Under the pieces are notes generated by a model. It had not been told where the DNA came from, made no database searches, and saw only the letters and a list, made by a program, of their open reading frames with translations. The translations under genes and the position numbers were made by a program. A DNA stretch of 64,000 nucleotides from Clostridia bacterium (lineage in GTDB: Bacteria; Bacillota; Clostridia; Christensenellales; QALW01), in NCBI GenBank assembly GCA_045600705.1, contig JAZRYL010000042.1, forward strand, positions 45,507 to 109,506. The letters run 5' to 3'. This document shows, piece after piece, positions 1 to 10,081 of the stretch. How positions within the stretch are numbered: the stretch's first letter is position 1; the number at the start of each line of letters is the position of its first letter.

Positions 1-33
1 ATTTGGGCATATTACGTTCAGTTAAGCACTCAC

Positions 34-969
34 ATGTGGGATGACGAAACCGCCGAAAAGAGATTTATCTATCTTCCGCAGGGGTCAACGGGGGAACTGT
101 TTTCGGACTACAAGAACAATCTTATAGAGGAGTCCGCTTGGGACAAACTTATGAAAGATTTAGCCGAAAAGCACTTTAATACCGTTGTTATCGACTTGGG
201 CGACGGCGTTAAGTGGGATTCTCATCCGGAAATCTGTGCCGACAATGCGTGGAGCAAGGAACTGTTAAAGAAAAAGTTGGACGAAATCCGTGCTTTGGGA
301 ATGACTCCTATTCCGAAAATAAACTTTTCCGCTTGCCATGACACGTGGATGAAAGAATACAGAAGAATGGTTGGCTCAAGCGTTTATCTTAAATTCTGCG
401 AGGACCTTATTTGCGAGGCGTGCGAACTCTTTGACAAGCCCGAACTTTTCCATTTGGGACTTGACGAGGAATGTTCCGAGGGCTGCCACTCACACAGCGA
501 AGCTATGGTTATCCGCGGAACAGAACTTCTTTGGCACGATTATCATTTCTTTATGGACGTTTGCCGCAGAAACGACGCAAGACCTTGGATGTGGGCTGAC
601 TATTTCTGGGACCGCAACGAACTTTTCGTTAAGAATGTTCCTACCGATGTGCTTGTTTCCAACTGGTACTACAATAATTTCAGACCGTACACGCAGGAAA
701 CATGGCTCACCCGTTCTATGGACGCTTACGAAAATCTTAACAAGTACGGCTACGACCAGGTGCCGACTTCAAGCCTTGTTGCAGGCGCTATTTCCAACCC
801 TTACGAAACTATGATAAATGCTAAACTGAAAATTGACTCAAACAGACTTAAAGGCTTTATGACCGCTCCTTGGTACTCCACCACCGAGGTCAACCTGCCT
901 ATGCTTAAAACCGAAGCACACTATTTTGAATACGGCAGAAAACTCACTTTCCCCGAAACGCTGAAATAA
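34..969 (+). CDS. Hypothetical protein, possibly a GH20-like (beta-hexosaminidase-like) TIM-barrel C-terminal portion. The reading frame stays open to window position 1, so the gene is probably 5'-truncated by the window edge.
   Basis: Long ORF with no in-frame stop back to nt 1. The 'FHLGLDEE' motif resembles the GH20 'HxGGDE' catalytic motif. No signal peptide is visible in the retained part. Confidence 0.3.
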   Translation: MWDDETAEKRFIYLPQGSTGELFSDYKNNLIEESAWDKLMKDLAEKHFNTVVIDLGDGVKWDSHPEICADNAWSKELLKKKLDEIRALGMTPIPKINFSACHDTWMKEYRRMVGSSVYLKFCEDLICEACELFDKPELFHLGLDEECSEGCHSHSEAMVIRGTELLWHDYHFFMDVCRRNDARPWMWADYFWDRNELFVKNVPTDVLVSNWYYNNFRPYTQETWLTRSMDAYENLNKYGYDQVPTSSLVAGAISNPYETMINAKLKIDSNRLKGFMTAPWYSTTEVNLPMLKTEAHYFEYGRKLTFPETLK

Positions 970-1045
970 TCTCTCTTACTTTTCTTGTAAGAAAAGTAAG
1001 CAAAATAACTTTTGTTTCGCTTTGCGGCAATAGTTCAAACTTTAT

Positions 1046-1080
1046 AAAAAACGCCTCGCTTTACACAAGCGAGGTGTTTT
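1046..1080. terminator. Bidirectional rho-independent terminator between convergent genes.
   Basis: The GC-rich inverted repeat cctcgct...agcgagg has an A-tract upstream and a T-tract downstream. Confidence 0.6.
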
Positions 1081-1082
1081 GA

Positions 1083-1751
1083 CTATTTCGTAACAGAGTC
1101 CCAAAACTTGTCCTGCAATTTTGAGAACGCGCCGATAAGCGGAGCATTGATAAATGTAACCGCTACCGTACCTATTCCGATAACATCGAAGCGGAATTTT
1201 CCGAAGAAAACGAACATTAGTATAATTCCCATACCAAGTGATGAAAAATCGTATATCCACTTGACTTTTGTAAGATTAAACTTAAAATTATCGGCAATTT
1301 CCTTTACAACGAGTTCCCAAACAACCACGGGAAGCCATGTCTTGAAGAACAGTGCAACGGCAAAAGCGATAAGAATACATCCGATTATTGCAAGAATTAT
1401 TCGCACAAGCAATGTGTCGGCGGCAATCCACGAAAAAACGATATTCCAACCGTCCAAAATCAGGCCGTCCAAAAAAGCCGCTCCAAAGGAAAGCAAATAT
1501 CTCCACTTGAATTTTCTGATTGTGATGCACATTATAAGCAAAACGACCGTTTGCAAAGTGTATTCGGCGGTACCGTAGGTGAACCAACTGAAATACTGTG
1601 AAATTTTAAGATGTAAAGCGAACACCGGCGCTTCTATCATAGACACTCCGAAACTGCTTTTTACCGCAAAGCAGACACCCAACGGGCATAACAGCATTGC
1701 AAGAATCCACGAAACGATGGGCTGAATTTTATTTCTTTTTTCTAAAGTCAT
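1083..1751 (-). CDS. YczE/DUF6198-like polytopic membrane protein.
   Basis: The 222-aa product has 6-7 hydrophobic helices. Its overall layout is similar to Bacillus YczE-family proteins. An RBS is present upstream. Confidence 0.45.
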   Translation of the reverse strand: MTLEKRNKIQPIVSWILAMLLCPLGVCFAVKSSFGVSMIEAPVFALHLKISQYFSWFTYGTAEYTLQTVVLLIMCITIRKFKWRYLLSFGAAFLDGLILDGWNIVFSWIAADTLLVRIILAIIGCILIAFAVALFFKTWLPVVVWELVVKEIADNFKFNLTKVKWIYDFSSLGMGIILMFVFFGKFRFDVIGIGTVAVTFINAPLIGAFSKLQDKFWDSVTK

Positions 1752-1857
1752 TTTATTTTTCTCCGAATTAGAATAAAAACGGGAACCGTTAATTGAACGG
1801 GTTCGAATTTGTGTTATTACGCTAAACGGCTCACAAAAATGTGAGCCGCTGAATTTA

Positions 1858-3534
1858 TCAGAACAGACCGATTATTTTGCCGTTTTCGTCCACGTCGATT
1901 TTTTCTGCGGCGGGAACTTTCGGCAGACCGGGCATAGTCATAATATCGCCGGTAAGAACAACAACGAAGCCTGCACCTGCGGACACCTTAACATTCTTGA
2001 CCGTAACGGTAAAGTCTTCGGGCGCACCTATTTTTGTTGGGTCATCGGAAAAACTGTACTGAGTTTTCGCAATGCAAACGGGGCAATTTGAGAAACCGAG
2101 TTTTTCAAGCTGTTCGATTTGCTTTTTGGCATTGGGTAAAACGTTTATACCGCTTCCGCCGTAAACTTTTTTAACAACTGCTTCGATTTTCTCGGTAATT
2201 GACATTTCGTCGGTGTAGGAGAATGTGAAATCTCCCTTTTCTTCTTCGCAAAGGCGAACGACTTCACGGGCAAGAGCCTCGCCGCCTTTTCCGCCGTCAG
2301 CCCAAACTGTCGAAAGAACGGTGTTTACACCAAGTTCACGGCACTTCTTGATAATGAAATCAATTTCGGCATCCGTATCGGTGGGGAAGCGGTTTACCGC
2401 AACTACGCAGGGAAGCTTATATACGTTTTTAATGTTCGAAACGTGGCGCAAAAGGTTGGGAATACCCTTTTCAAGGGCAGAAAGGTCTTCTGTTCCCAAC
2501 TGCTTTTTGTCAAGTCCGCCGTGCATTTTAAGCGCACGGACGGTGGCAACCATAACTACCGCATCGGGGACAAGTCCTGCCATACGGCACTTGATATCAA
2601 GGAATTTTTCGGCACCTAAATCTGCACCGAAGCCTGCTTCGGTAACGGTGTAATCGCCCATTTTAAGCGCCATCTGCGTCGCCATAACCGAGTTACAGCC
2701 GTGAGCAATGTTGGCAAAAGGTCCGCCGTGAACAAATGCAGGAGTTCCCTCTAAGGTCTGAACAAGGTTCGGCTTGAGCGCATCTTTAAGAAGTGCGGTC
2801 ATAGCACCCTGTGCGTGTAAATCGCCTGCGGTGACCGGCTTGTCGTCATAAGTGTACGCAACGATGATTCTTGCAAGGCGCTCTTTTAAGTCGGAAATCG
2901 ACGTGGCAAGGCAGAATACCGCCATTATTTCGCTTGCAACGGTAATATCGAAGCCGTCTTCACGGGGCGTTCCGTTTACTTTTCCGCCGAGACCGTCCAC
3001 AACAAAACGAAGTTGACGGTCGTTCATATCAACACAGCGCTTCCAGGTTATTTTTTTAACGTCTATTCCGAGAGCGTTGCCCTGCTGAATATGATTGTCA
3101 AGCATTGCGGCAAGCAGGTTGTTAGCGGCACCGATTGCGTGGAAATCTCCCGTGAAATGAAGATTTATGTCTTCCATGGGAACGACCTGGGCATATCCGC
3201 CACCTGCCGCACCGCCCTTTATTCCGAATACGGGACCAAGCGACGGCTCACGAAGCGCAACGGTAACATCCTTGCCGATTCTTGCAAGGCCGTCCGCAAG
3301 ACCGATGGTGGTGGTCGTTTTGCCTTCGCCTGCCGGTGTGGGCGTAATTGCGGTTACAAGAATAAGTTTGCCGTTTGCTTTATCTGTATCCGAAAGCAGA
3401 GCAGGGTCAATTTTCGCCTTGTAATTGCCATACTGCTCAAGATATTTTTCGTCAACGTGCGCTCTCTTTGCAATTTCCGTAATGTGCTTCGGTTTGCATT
3501 GCTGAGCTATTTCAATATCTGATAAATATGCCAT
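1858..3534 (-). CDS. fhs: Formate--tetrahydrofolate ligase (formyl-THF synthetase).
   Basis: The 558-aa product has the FTHFS N-terminus [11 protein letters not shown]...YGNYKAKID and the P-loop [11 protein letters not shown], and is collinear with FTHFS along its full length. Confidence 0.93.
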   Translation of the reverse strand: MAYLSDIEIAQQCKPKHITEIAKRAHVDEKYLEQYGNYKAKIDPALLSDTDKANGKLILVTAITPTPAGEGKTTTTIGLADGLARIGKDVTVALREPSLGPVFGIKGGAAGGGYAQVVPMEDINLHFTGDFHAIGAANNLLAAMLDNHIQQGNALGIDVKKITWKRCVDMNDRQLRFVVDGLGGKVNGTPREDGFDITVASEIMAVFCLATSISDLKERLARIIVAYTYDDKPVTAGDLHAQGAMTALLKDALKPNLVQTLEGTPAFVHGGPFANIAHGCNSVMATQMALKMGDYTVTEAGFGADLGAEKFLDIKCRMAGLVPDAVVMVATVRALKMHGGLDKKQLGTEDLSALEKGIPNLLRHVSNIKNVYKLPCVVAVNRFPTDTDAEIDFIIKKCRELGVNTVLSTVWADGGKGGEALAREVVRLCEEEKGDFTFSYTDEMSITEKIEAVVKKVYGGSGINVLPNAKKQIEQLEKLGFSNCPVCIAKTQYSFSDDPTKIGAPEDFTVTVKNVKVSAGAGFVVVLTGDIMTMPGLPKVPAAEKIDVDENGKIIGLF

Positions 3535-3773
3535 TTTGATTTCTCCTTTTAAGTGTAAAATTTGCTACACCGCTATAATTGTACCCGAAAAATTCGATTC
3601 GGTCAAGGCGCATTTTCTCAGTTGGCTACCGAATGCTTGAACTTGTTCTTTTTATATAAAAAAAGAAAACTTAAAAAAATATCACTTGTATGTTGTGTTT
3701 TGTTGATATGGGTGATATACTATAAGTGAGTGTAAGATTTTTACACAATATTTTATAATAAGGAGTCTTTATT

Positions 3774-4460
3774 ATGAACAACAATCTTTTCAAAAAGGCG
3801 CTTGCCGAATTCGTCGGCACGTTCGTACTTGTGTTCTTCGCTTGCGGAGTCGCAGCATTTACCGGCGGAAATCTTGTTCCCACCGCACTCACATTCGGAC
3901 TTGTTATCGTCGCAATGGCTTATTCTGTGGGAAAAGTTTCGGGATGCCACATTAACCCTGCGGTTTCCATTGCTTGTCTTTTTGACGGCAGAATGAATGT
4001 TACCGAATTCATTGTTTATGTAGTTTCACAAATCGTGGGCGCAGTAGTAGGCGGAATCGCTATTTTCGGAATTGCCAAAATGGGCGGTCTTACTTTGGCA
4101 GGCGACGCTTGTAACGCAGTTCTTGCACAAAATGCAGGCGGCTACGTTGGTGCAATTTTGACTGAAATCATTCTTACCTGTGTGTTCACATACGTTATTC
4201 TTAACGTTACGGATGACAGCGGAGTTGCAGGCAAAAAAGCAGGAATCATCATCGGTCTTACGCTTACGCTTGTTCACCTTTTGGGAATCAACCTTACCGG
4301 AACAAGTGTAAATCCCGCAAGAAGCATCGGAACAGCAGTTGCAGCACTTATTTTTAACGGCAACGGAACACCTCTTGGCCAGGTTTGGGTATTTATTGTT
4401 GCTCCTCTTGCAGGCGGAATTTTGTCCGTAATGCTTTATAAGGCACTTAATAAAAAGTAA
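3774..4460 (+). CDS. aqpZ: MIP-family aquaporin (aquaporin Z-like water channel).
   Basis: The 228-aa product has two NPA boxes (HINPAVS and VNPARS) in a 6-TM topology. A good RBS (aggagt) lies upstream of the ATG. Confidence 0.85.
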   Translation: MNNNLFKKALAEFVGTFVLVFFACGVAAFTGGNLVPTALTFGLVIVAMAYSVGKVSGCHINPAVSIACLFDGRMNVTEFIVYVVSQIVGAVVGGIAIFGIAKMGGLTLAGDACNAVLAQNAGGYVGAILTEIILTCVFTYVILNVTDDSGVAGKKAGIIIGLTLTLVHLLGINLTGTSVNPARSIGTAVAALIFNGNGTPLGQVWVFIVAPLAGGILSVMLYKALNKK

Positions 4461-4599
4461 TTTACGGTACTTAAAAGTCGTCATTGCAACAGAAAGCGGA
4501 ACAGATAAACGAAATAATCCAAAAATAAACAGTCCGGAAAAAATTTTTCGGACTGTTTTTATACATTTGTTTAGTGAATTTTCAGGGATAACGATTGAA

Positions 4600-4860
4600 C
4601 TGTTACCGCAAAGCGAAATAAAAGTTCTTTTGCTTACTTTTCTTACAAAATGAATTTATTGTCAAAGAGTTGTACCTGTTATTATAATCTGCCGAGGGGT
4701 TTTTGAGAAAAGATTGAACTGTTACCGCAAAGCGAGGTAAAAGTTCTTTTGCTTACTTTTCTTACAAGAAAAGTAAGGAAGCAGTTCTTTTTGTTTCCTT
4801 TTCTTTCAAGAAAAGGAAAGAAACCGTTTTCTTTCCCAAAAGAAAAGTATGGTAATCAAT
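4600..4860. repeat. Cluster of palindromic intergenic repeat units (REP/MITE-like family). Other copies lie at 970-1035, 42290-42430 and 42660-42830.
   Basis: Repeated modules of the form ccgcaaagcgRRnnaagttcttttgcttacttttcttacaagaaaagtaag, with the imperfect palindrome CTTTTCTT-N-AAGAAAAG. The copy at 970-1035 matches at more than 85% in reverse orientation. Confidence 0.7.
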
Positions 4861-6040
4861 GGTGGAACAGACGCATACCGGTAAATGCCATTGCCATACC
4901 GTACTTATCGGCACATTCGATAACAAGGTCGTCACGAATAGAGCCGCCCGGCTCGGCAATATATTTTACACCGCTTCGATTTGCACGTTCGATGTTGTCG
5001 CTGAAGGGGAAGAATGCGTCAGAACCGAGAGCAACACCGTCAAAGGAATCAAGATACAACCTTATTTCCTCACTTGTAAGCGGTTCGGGGCGACGGGTAA
5101 AGTATTTCTGCCATATTCCGTTGGCGCAAACGTCTTCCTCGTTTTTGTTAATGTAGCCGTCAATAACGTTGTCACGGTCGGGACGTCCGAGAGTAGGCAG
5201 GAAAGGAAGTTGAAGAACTTTTTCGTGCATACGCAGGAACCATGTATCAGCCTTGCTTCCCGCAAGACGGGTGCAGTGAATTCGTGACTGCTGACCTGCG
5301 CCGACGCCGATAGCCTGACCGTCGTAAGCGTAGCACACGGAATTCGACTGAGTATATTTAAGAACAATAAGCGAAATTATCAAGTCACGAACGGCACTTT
5401 CGGGCAAAGACCTGTTTTCCGTCACAATGTTGGAAAGCAGTTCACGACCGATTTTGAAATTGTTTCTGCCCTGCTCAAAGGTGATTCCGAAAACCTGCTT
5501 GCGTTCCACAGGTTCGGGAACGTAGTTTTCGTCAATTTTAACAATATTGTAGTTGCCCTTGCGCTTGGTTTTAAGAATTTCAAGTGCTTCGTCGGTGTAT
5601 CCGGGTGCAATTATTCCGTCGGAAACCTCTCGCTTGAGCATAAGCGCAGTAGTCTTGTCACAAACGTCCGAAAGTGCCACCCAGTCGCCGAACGAACACA
5701 TACGGTCGGTGCCTCTTGCACGGGCATAAGCGCAGGCAATGGGGGAGTCGTCAAGACCTTCCACATCGTCAACAAAGCACGCTTTTTTCAGTTTTTCGGG
5801 AAGTTTTATTCCCACCGCCGCAGAAGTAGGACTAACATGCTTGAATGATGCCGCCGCAGGCAAATTAAGTGCTTCTTTAAGTTCTTTTACAAGCTGCCAC
5901 GAGTTGAACGCATCTAAAAAATTGATATATCCCGGCTTTCCGCACAGAATTTCAATGGGAAGGTCACTTCCGTCCTGCATAAAGATTCTTGACGGCTTTT
6001 GATTGGGATTGCAGCCGTATTTAAGTTCAAATTCGTTCAT
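4856..6040 (-). CDS. purH: AICAR transformylase (PurH C-terminal AICARFT domain only). It lacks the MGS-like IMP cyclohydrolase domain.
   Basis: The 394-aa product has an LKYGCNPNQ motif (compare LRYGENPHQ) and a C-terminus ...AFTGMRLFHH typical of PurH (RHFRH tail). Confidence 0.8.
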   Translation of the reverse strand: MNEFELKYGCNPNQKPSRIFMQDGSDLPIEILCGKPGYINFLDAFNSWQLVKELKEALNLPAAASFKHVSPTSAAVGIKLPEKLKKACFVDDVEGLDDSPIACAYARARGTDRMCSFGDWVALSDVCDKTTALMLKREVSDGIIAPGYTDEALEILKTKRKGNYNIVKIDENYVPEPVERKQVFGITFEQGRNNFKIGRELLSNIVTENRSLPESAVRDLIISLIVLKYTQSNSVCYAYDGQAIGVGAGQQSRIHCTRLAGSKADTWFLRMHEKVLQLPFLPTLGRPDRDNVIDGYINKNEEDVCANGIWQKYFTRRPEPLTSEEIRLYLDSFDGVALGSDAFFPFSDNIERANRSGVKYIAEPGGSIRDDLVIECADKYGMAMAFTGMRLFHH

Positions 6041-6049
6041 ATTTTCACC

Positions 6050-6769
6050 TCATTTATTGGAATTTATCAGTCGGTTTTCTTCTTTTCCGCTTTCAAGGTC
6101 GGTGTAACGAACATAAAGCGAAATTCGGTTGTCGCGGTCAAGTGCATTCCATAACAAATCGGTAAAGTCGTCGATACTGTCGGGAATAGCCACACGTTCC
6201 GGCTCGCCCACAAAGGTGGGAAGGGGATTTCCGTCGCAAACGTAGGTATGAATAAAATGCCCGAGTCCGTTTATCGGCGCATAGGAAAAAGTAAATCTGT
6301 TGCACGCAGAACCGTTTTCGTCGGCACTTTTGAGAATACTCATTTCGTATGTGAAGTTATTTTCGGAAAAATCAAGTATTCCGCTTATTCTCGGAGTAAA
6401 ATTCGGGGCGTCGGGTTCAAATTCCCGTGAAACAAGTGAAGATGCAAAGGATTTTCCGCTTTTAATTCCCTCAAAAACCGTGTCGGTTTGATCACCGTTT
6501 GTCACTATCAGTTTGTTCCCGATTTTCTTTTGCGCAGGATAGATAATAAGGCTCGGATCTTCAACCTTGGATGCATCAAAAGGCTGAGTGTAAAGCACAC
6601 CGTCCTTTTCAACAAAAATGCGGTTGCGGCTGTTGGCACTTCTGCCCATAATAAAATACGCCGAAACGGCACTTTTTCCGTTCTGCGACTTGCCGATAAC
6701 GATGCCTCGCCCAACGTAACTGTTGTTGCGTATAAGTTCGCCGATGTTGTGAATTTCGTAAACGTTCAT
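6050..6769 (-). CDS. purO: PurO-type (archaeal-type) IMP cyclohydrolase.
   Basis: The listed ORF starts at 6943 but is better trimmed to the internal ATG at 6767-6769, which is preceded by aaaggaga and gives MNVYEIHNIGELI.... The start at 6943 would run through the riboswitch and its terminator. The family was assigned by recognition of PurO-like sequence. Confidence 0.6.
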   Translation of the reverse strand: MNVYEIHNIGELIRNNSYVGRGIVIGKSQNGKSAVSAYFIMGRSANSRNRIFVEKDGVLYTQPFDASKVEDPSLIIYPAQKKIGNKLIVTNGDQTDTVFEGIKSGKSFASSLVSREFEPDAPNFTPRISGILDFSENNFTYEMSILKSADENGSACNRFTFSYAPINGLGHFIHTYVCDGNPLPTFVGEPERVAIPDSIDDFTDLLWNALDRDNRISLYVRYTDLESGKEENRLINSNK

Positions 6770-6788
6770 ATTCTTTCTCCTTTTTTTT

Positions 6789-6952
6789 GAAAAATAAAAG
6801 GGCACAGATTTACATTGGCGTGACTTTAAGAATGTTACGCTAACGTAAAACTGTGCCCAGACGGTCGGCATATAAGGTTCCCGCTCCCATGCAGTTGCCT
6901 GCTTTGCGAATTTTTTTCGCATTTCCGTCAGTAACGGGGACACATAAAGAAT
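6789..6952 (-). ncRNA. ZTP (pfl-motif) riboswitch with a terminator expression platform, upstream of purO-purH.
   Basis: The minus-strand RNA reads GUCCCCGUUACUGACGGAAAU, then a P2 hairpin GCGAAaaaaaUUCGC, then CAUGGGAGCGGGAAC, a linker, and the conserved 3' pseudoknot strand CCGACCGUCUGGGCAC. The GGGCACAG...CUGUGCCC hairpin plus U-tract overlaps the pseudoknot strand. The genomic context (purH, fhs) is classic for ZTP. Confidence 0.6.
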
Positions 6953-7069
6953 AACACGGTAAATTGATTATGTCAATCAAATTAGTTCGTACCGCTTCGA
7001 ATAATACTCGAAATCGGCAGAACATACCTTATATTATATATAAGGCGAATTTGGACGGCTTTTGAAGAA

Positions 7070-9451
7070 TTATTTTTTCAAAAACGCATCAAGTTTTTCA
7101 AACTGTAATTCCGCTTTCTGCTTTTCAAAGGGCAGAACAAAGGGCGTCAAAGATTCAAGCACATCGCAAAATCCCGATGACTTGTAATTTTCCATTTGAG
7201 TAAATTCCACGGTGGACAGGTTGTAACCGAGGTCATCAAGAATGTGTCTTATTTTTGCGTTGTAAACCATCGGAAGCACTTTTTTGCCCATGTTAAGTCC
7301 GAGAATAACGGAATGAAGTCGTGTACCGATAATGTATTCCGACTGCGCAAGAACTTCAAGCACTTGGTCTTTCGTTTGGAACGAATAGCCCAACACATCG
7401 GTTTTTTCACGTTCGGAGTCGGACAATTCGGCTAAAATTCTGTCGATAAACGAGTTGTCACCCTCAAAAGAACAAAAACTGATAATGCTTGTTTTTCTGC
7501 CCGCCGCCACGGAAGTTTTAACGGTATTAACGAGGGCTTGCAGATATGCGGAAGCGTCGCTCTCGCTGATTTTTCTTGAAGGCAGGAAGGGGTCACACAC
7601 GGAAATGGCAAGACTGCCCGGAATTTCCGCTTTTTTCGGAATGTTGTAGGAGAACAAAAGGTCCGGAGCGCAGCGCACCTGCCTTAAATCCTTGAAAAGT
7701 TCCGCGGAATAGGTTTCACGGAAGCAGATGTCCTCGAATTTTTTGAACTGTTTTACCCACATCTGCTTGAATTCATCGGTTTCAAAGGTGCCGAAATTGC
7801 AGGAAACGGAGAAAAACGGCTTAAAAGGACGCTTTCTTCTTTTTCTGAGTTTGTAATCAAGCATATAGTCGCCGACCTGCTGATAAATCGAACCGCCCAA
7901 GTGCAGAGTTGCATCGCTTTTTGAGAGCAGGAAGTATTCAAACAGGTCACGGATACCGAACTTTTCGCCGAACTTGTTGAGTTTGGCAACAAAGCCGTCA
8001 CCGGCGTAGAAGAACTTTACGTTATCGAAACGGTTGGCAAAAGCGGAATAATCCCACCCGCAATAGAATATAAATAATGTGTCGGGGTAACGCTTAAGCA
8101 ATGTTTCAAAAAACAAATCATCACCTAAGTTCATGGCAAAGTAGCCGTAAAGCATAACGGTGCGCTTATATTTTCTGCCGTCCCTGCCACGGAGAAAAAG
8201 GAAGTGCTTTAAGTGCTTTATGGGCGAAAGAACCTTGCCGAACTTCGATTTAATACGAAAATCAAGAGTGCGGTGAAGCTGTGCGGTAACACTGTTCAGT
8301 TCGCCTAAGGTGCGGGACAGTTCGCCCGAAGTGCGTGAAAGTTCACCTTGAAGACGTGCAATTTCGTTATTTGCCGCATCTCGCTGAGTTTCGGCGATAG
8401 TGCGCAAATTTATTTGGTGAGTAAGGGTTGCGTTAAGTTCGTTTATTTCGGCAGCGTCGTACAGATATTTTGATGCCTCACGGTCGTAGAAGCCACGGAT
8501 ATCAAGACCGAATTTATCCCTTGCTATTTCAACATTGCGGTAATCTCTGAAAAGTTCGGAAAATTTCAAAATTCCGAGAATGCTGTTTTCCGGCATAAAA
8601 ATGAGTCCCTTTTCCAAAAGAAACGCTTTTTCAATTTCCGTTTCCGCATGGGTGTGTTCGCCCTTTAAGCGAAGTCTGTCGGAGAATGCTTCAAGAAACA
8701 GACCGTCGGGACAGTCGTTTATCATCGAATATATGATTTGCGCATATTCCACGTTGTGAACGTTCGTCTTTTTTTCGTTAAGTCCGCTGTTGTGAGTTTC
8801 AAGGGAACTTATACGGTATTTTGCCATAGGCTTTTCAAAAAGTTTTATGGGGTGCTTTATTACAAGCCGTGCCCAGTAATCGAAATCGTGAAGATAACAG
8901 TATGAGGGATAGTGAGGCCCTAATTCGTCAACGGCGGATTTGCGCATTACCGTTCCCGCATAGGAAAGATGGTTCGATGCATCGAAGAACAAACGGACAA
9001 AATCTGCTTGGGTTTCGGCGGAAACGTCAAAAACGTCCTCAAGCCACTTGTAACTTTCACCGGCAGGAGTTCCGTCTTCATTGACGATTACGGGCTTGAA
9101 AAAGCAGGCGGCACATTCGGGAACACCGTTAAGATAATTTACGGCGGTTTCGATAAGTTCCGGGTCCATAAGGTCGTCCGAATCTATGTGAGCGATAAAT
9201 TCTCCCCGTGCGTGGCTGAACGCCTCGTTGTTGGCATTTGAAATGTGACCGTTGCGGGGGAGTTCGTAAAGTTCTATGCGCCGGTCGGGGAAAGACTTTA
9301 CAATTTCGGCCGTGTTGTCGGCAGAACAGTCGTCCACCACGATGACCTGAAGATTAGTGTACGTCTGACCGCAAACCGATTTAAGGGTTTCACTGATAGT
9401 TTTTGATGCGTTGTACGCATTGATACATACGCTTACTAACTGTTCGTTCAT
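7070..9451 (-). CDS. Bifunctional polysaccharide-modifying enzyme with an N-terminal GT2 glycosyltransferase domain and a C-terminal polysaccharide pyruvyl transferase (CsaB/WcaK-like) domain.
   Basis: N-terminus VSVCINAYNASKTISETLKSV...VVDDCSADNT...DSDD (GT2 DxD), a central coiled coil with GELSRT repeats, and a C-terminus ...LHLGGSIYQ...RLHSVILGL typical of PS_pyruv_trans. Confidence 0.65.
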   Translation of the reverse strand: MNEQLVSVCINAYNASKTISETLKSVCGQTYTNLQVIVVDDCSADNTAEIVKSFPDRRIELYELPRNGHISNANNEAFSHARGEFIAHIDSDDLMDPELIETAVNYLNGVPECAACFFKPVIVNEDGTPAGESYKWLEDVFDVSAETQADFVRLFFDASNHLSYAGTVMRKSAVDELGPHYPSYCYLHDFDYWARLVIKHPIKLFEKPMAKYRISSLETHNSGLNEKKTNVHNVEYAQIIYSMINDCPDGLFLEAFSDRLRLKGEHTHAETEIEKAFLLEKGLIFMPENSILGILKFSELFRDYRNVEIARDKFGLDIRGFYDREASKYLYDAAEINELNATLTHQINLRTIAETQRDAANNEIARLQGELSRTSGELSRTLGELNSVTAQLHRTLDFRIKSKFGKVLSPIKHLKHFLFLRGRDGRKYKRTVMLYGYFAMNLGDDLFFETLLKRYPDTLFIFYCGWDYSAFANRFDNVKFFYAGDGFVAKLNKFGEKFGIRDLFEYFLLSKSDATLHLGGSIYQQVGDYMLDYKLRKRRKRPFKPFFSVSCNFGTFETDEFKQMWVKQFKKFEDICFRETYSAELFKDLRQVRCAPDLLFSYNIPKKAEIPGSLAISVCDPFLPSRKISESDASAYLQALVNTVKTSVAAGRKTSIISFCSFEGDNSFIDRILAELSDSEREKTDVLGYSFQTKDQVLEVLAQSEYIIGTRLHSVILGLNMGKKVLPMVYNAKIRHILDDLGYNLSTVEFTQMENYKSSGFCDVLESLTPFVLPFEKQKAELQFEKLDAFLKK

Positions 9452-9944
9452 AAATACCTCTCAATCATATACTGTTATGACAGTAAATATAATACCATAC
9501 ATTATATTATATGTAAACATCGTAGTGAAAAAAATATTTTTGTAACATTTTTTACTGCTTGGAACATATATATAGTATGGATGAACAGAAAAATGAATAT
9601 ATATTCACTATATACGCATTTTTTTGAAGACGTGCGGAACGAAAAACGAAAAAATTTTTAAAAAAAGTGTTTGACATAAAATGTACTATAGATATAATAT
9701 GTATATGTAGCTTGAATGCATCGTATTTGGTACGGAAAAGCATTTTTGTGATATAAGCGTATTCCGAAAAAAACGCTTCCACGATTTGCCAAAAACCCCG
9801 ATAAATAGGGCATTATGAACAAATTGTGAACAAAAAATATCTAAATTATTTACAAAAAAATAATTTGAATATTTTTTCAAAAAAATCGAAAAAAATGCTT
9901 GACAAGTATAAAAAACGATGATACAATTCAGGTACAAAATTTAA

Positions 9945-10072
9945 GAACATTGCCAAACCCGTGGAAACATGGGGACGGAAAGCTCAGGAGTCTAAAGCAT
10001 AATATGCAATGACAGTCCGGTTGCAAAATAAAGATTTTTTGCACGGGCTGCTTTTTTATTGCCCGTGGAGAG
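9945..10072 (+). ncRNA. Candidate c-di-GMP-I (GEMM) riboswitch in the 5' leader of the gene at 10082.
   Basis: UUGCCAAACC, then a CCCGUG-GAAA-CAUGGG GNRA hairpin, then GGGACGGAAAGCU, then a hairpin containing UCUAAAGC. This matches the GEMM-I signature (GGCAAACC...GNRA...GGGACGCAAAGCC...CCUAAA), followed by the stable hairpin cacgggc...gcccgtg just before the RBS. Confidence 0.55.
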
Positions 10073-10081
10073 GAGACCATT

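Noticed and set aside
4749-5156. ORFs 4749..5156(+) and 4762..4959(-), which lie across the intergenic repeat cluster.
   Set aside because: They are composed of low-complexity translations of the palindromic repeat units (FLTRKVRKQFFLFPFLSRKGKK...). They have no RBS, and the plus-strand ORF runs antisense into the purH 3' end. They are artefacts of the repeat family.
6050-6943. Listed 297-aa ORF start for the purO-like gene.
   Set aside because: The N-terminal 58 codons would be translated through the ZTP riboswitch and terminator sequence and lack an RBS. The internal ATG at 6767-6769 has a strong aaaggaga RBS and gives a PurO-sized protein.
9552-9937. Minus-strand ORFs (9552..9782, 9686..9937) in the AT-rich region.
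   Set aside because: They lie in the AT-rich leader and promoter region upstream of the GEMM-like element. They have Phe/Ile/Asn/Lys-rich translations typical of AT-rich non-coding DNA and no RBS.
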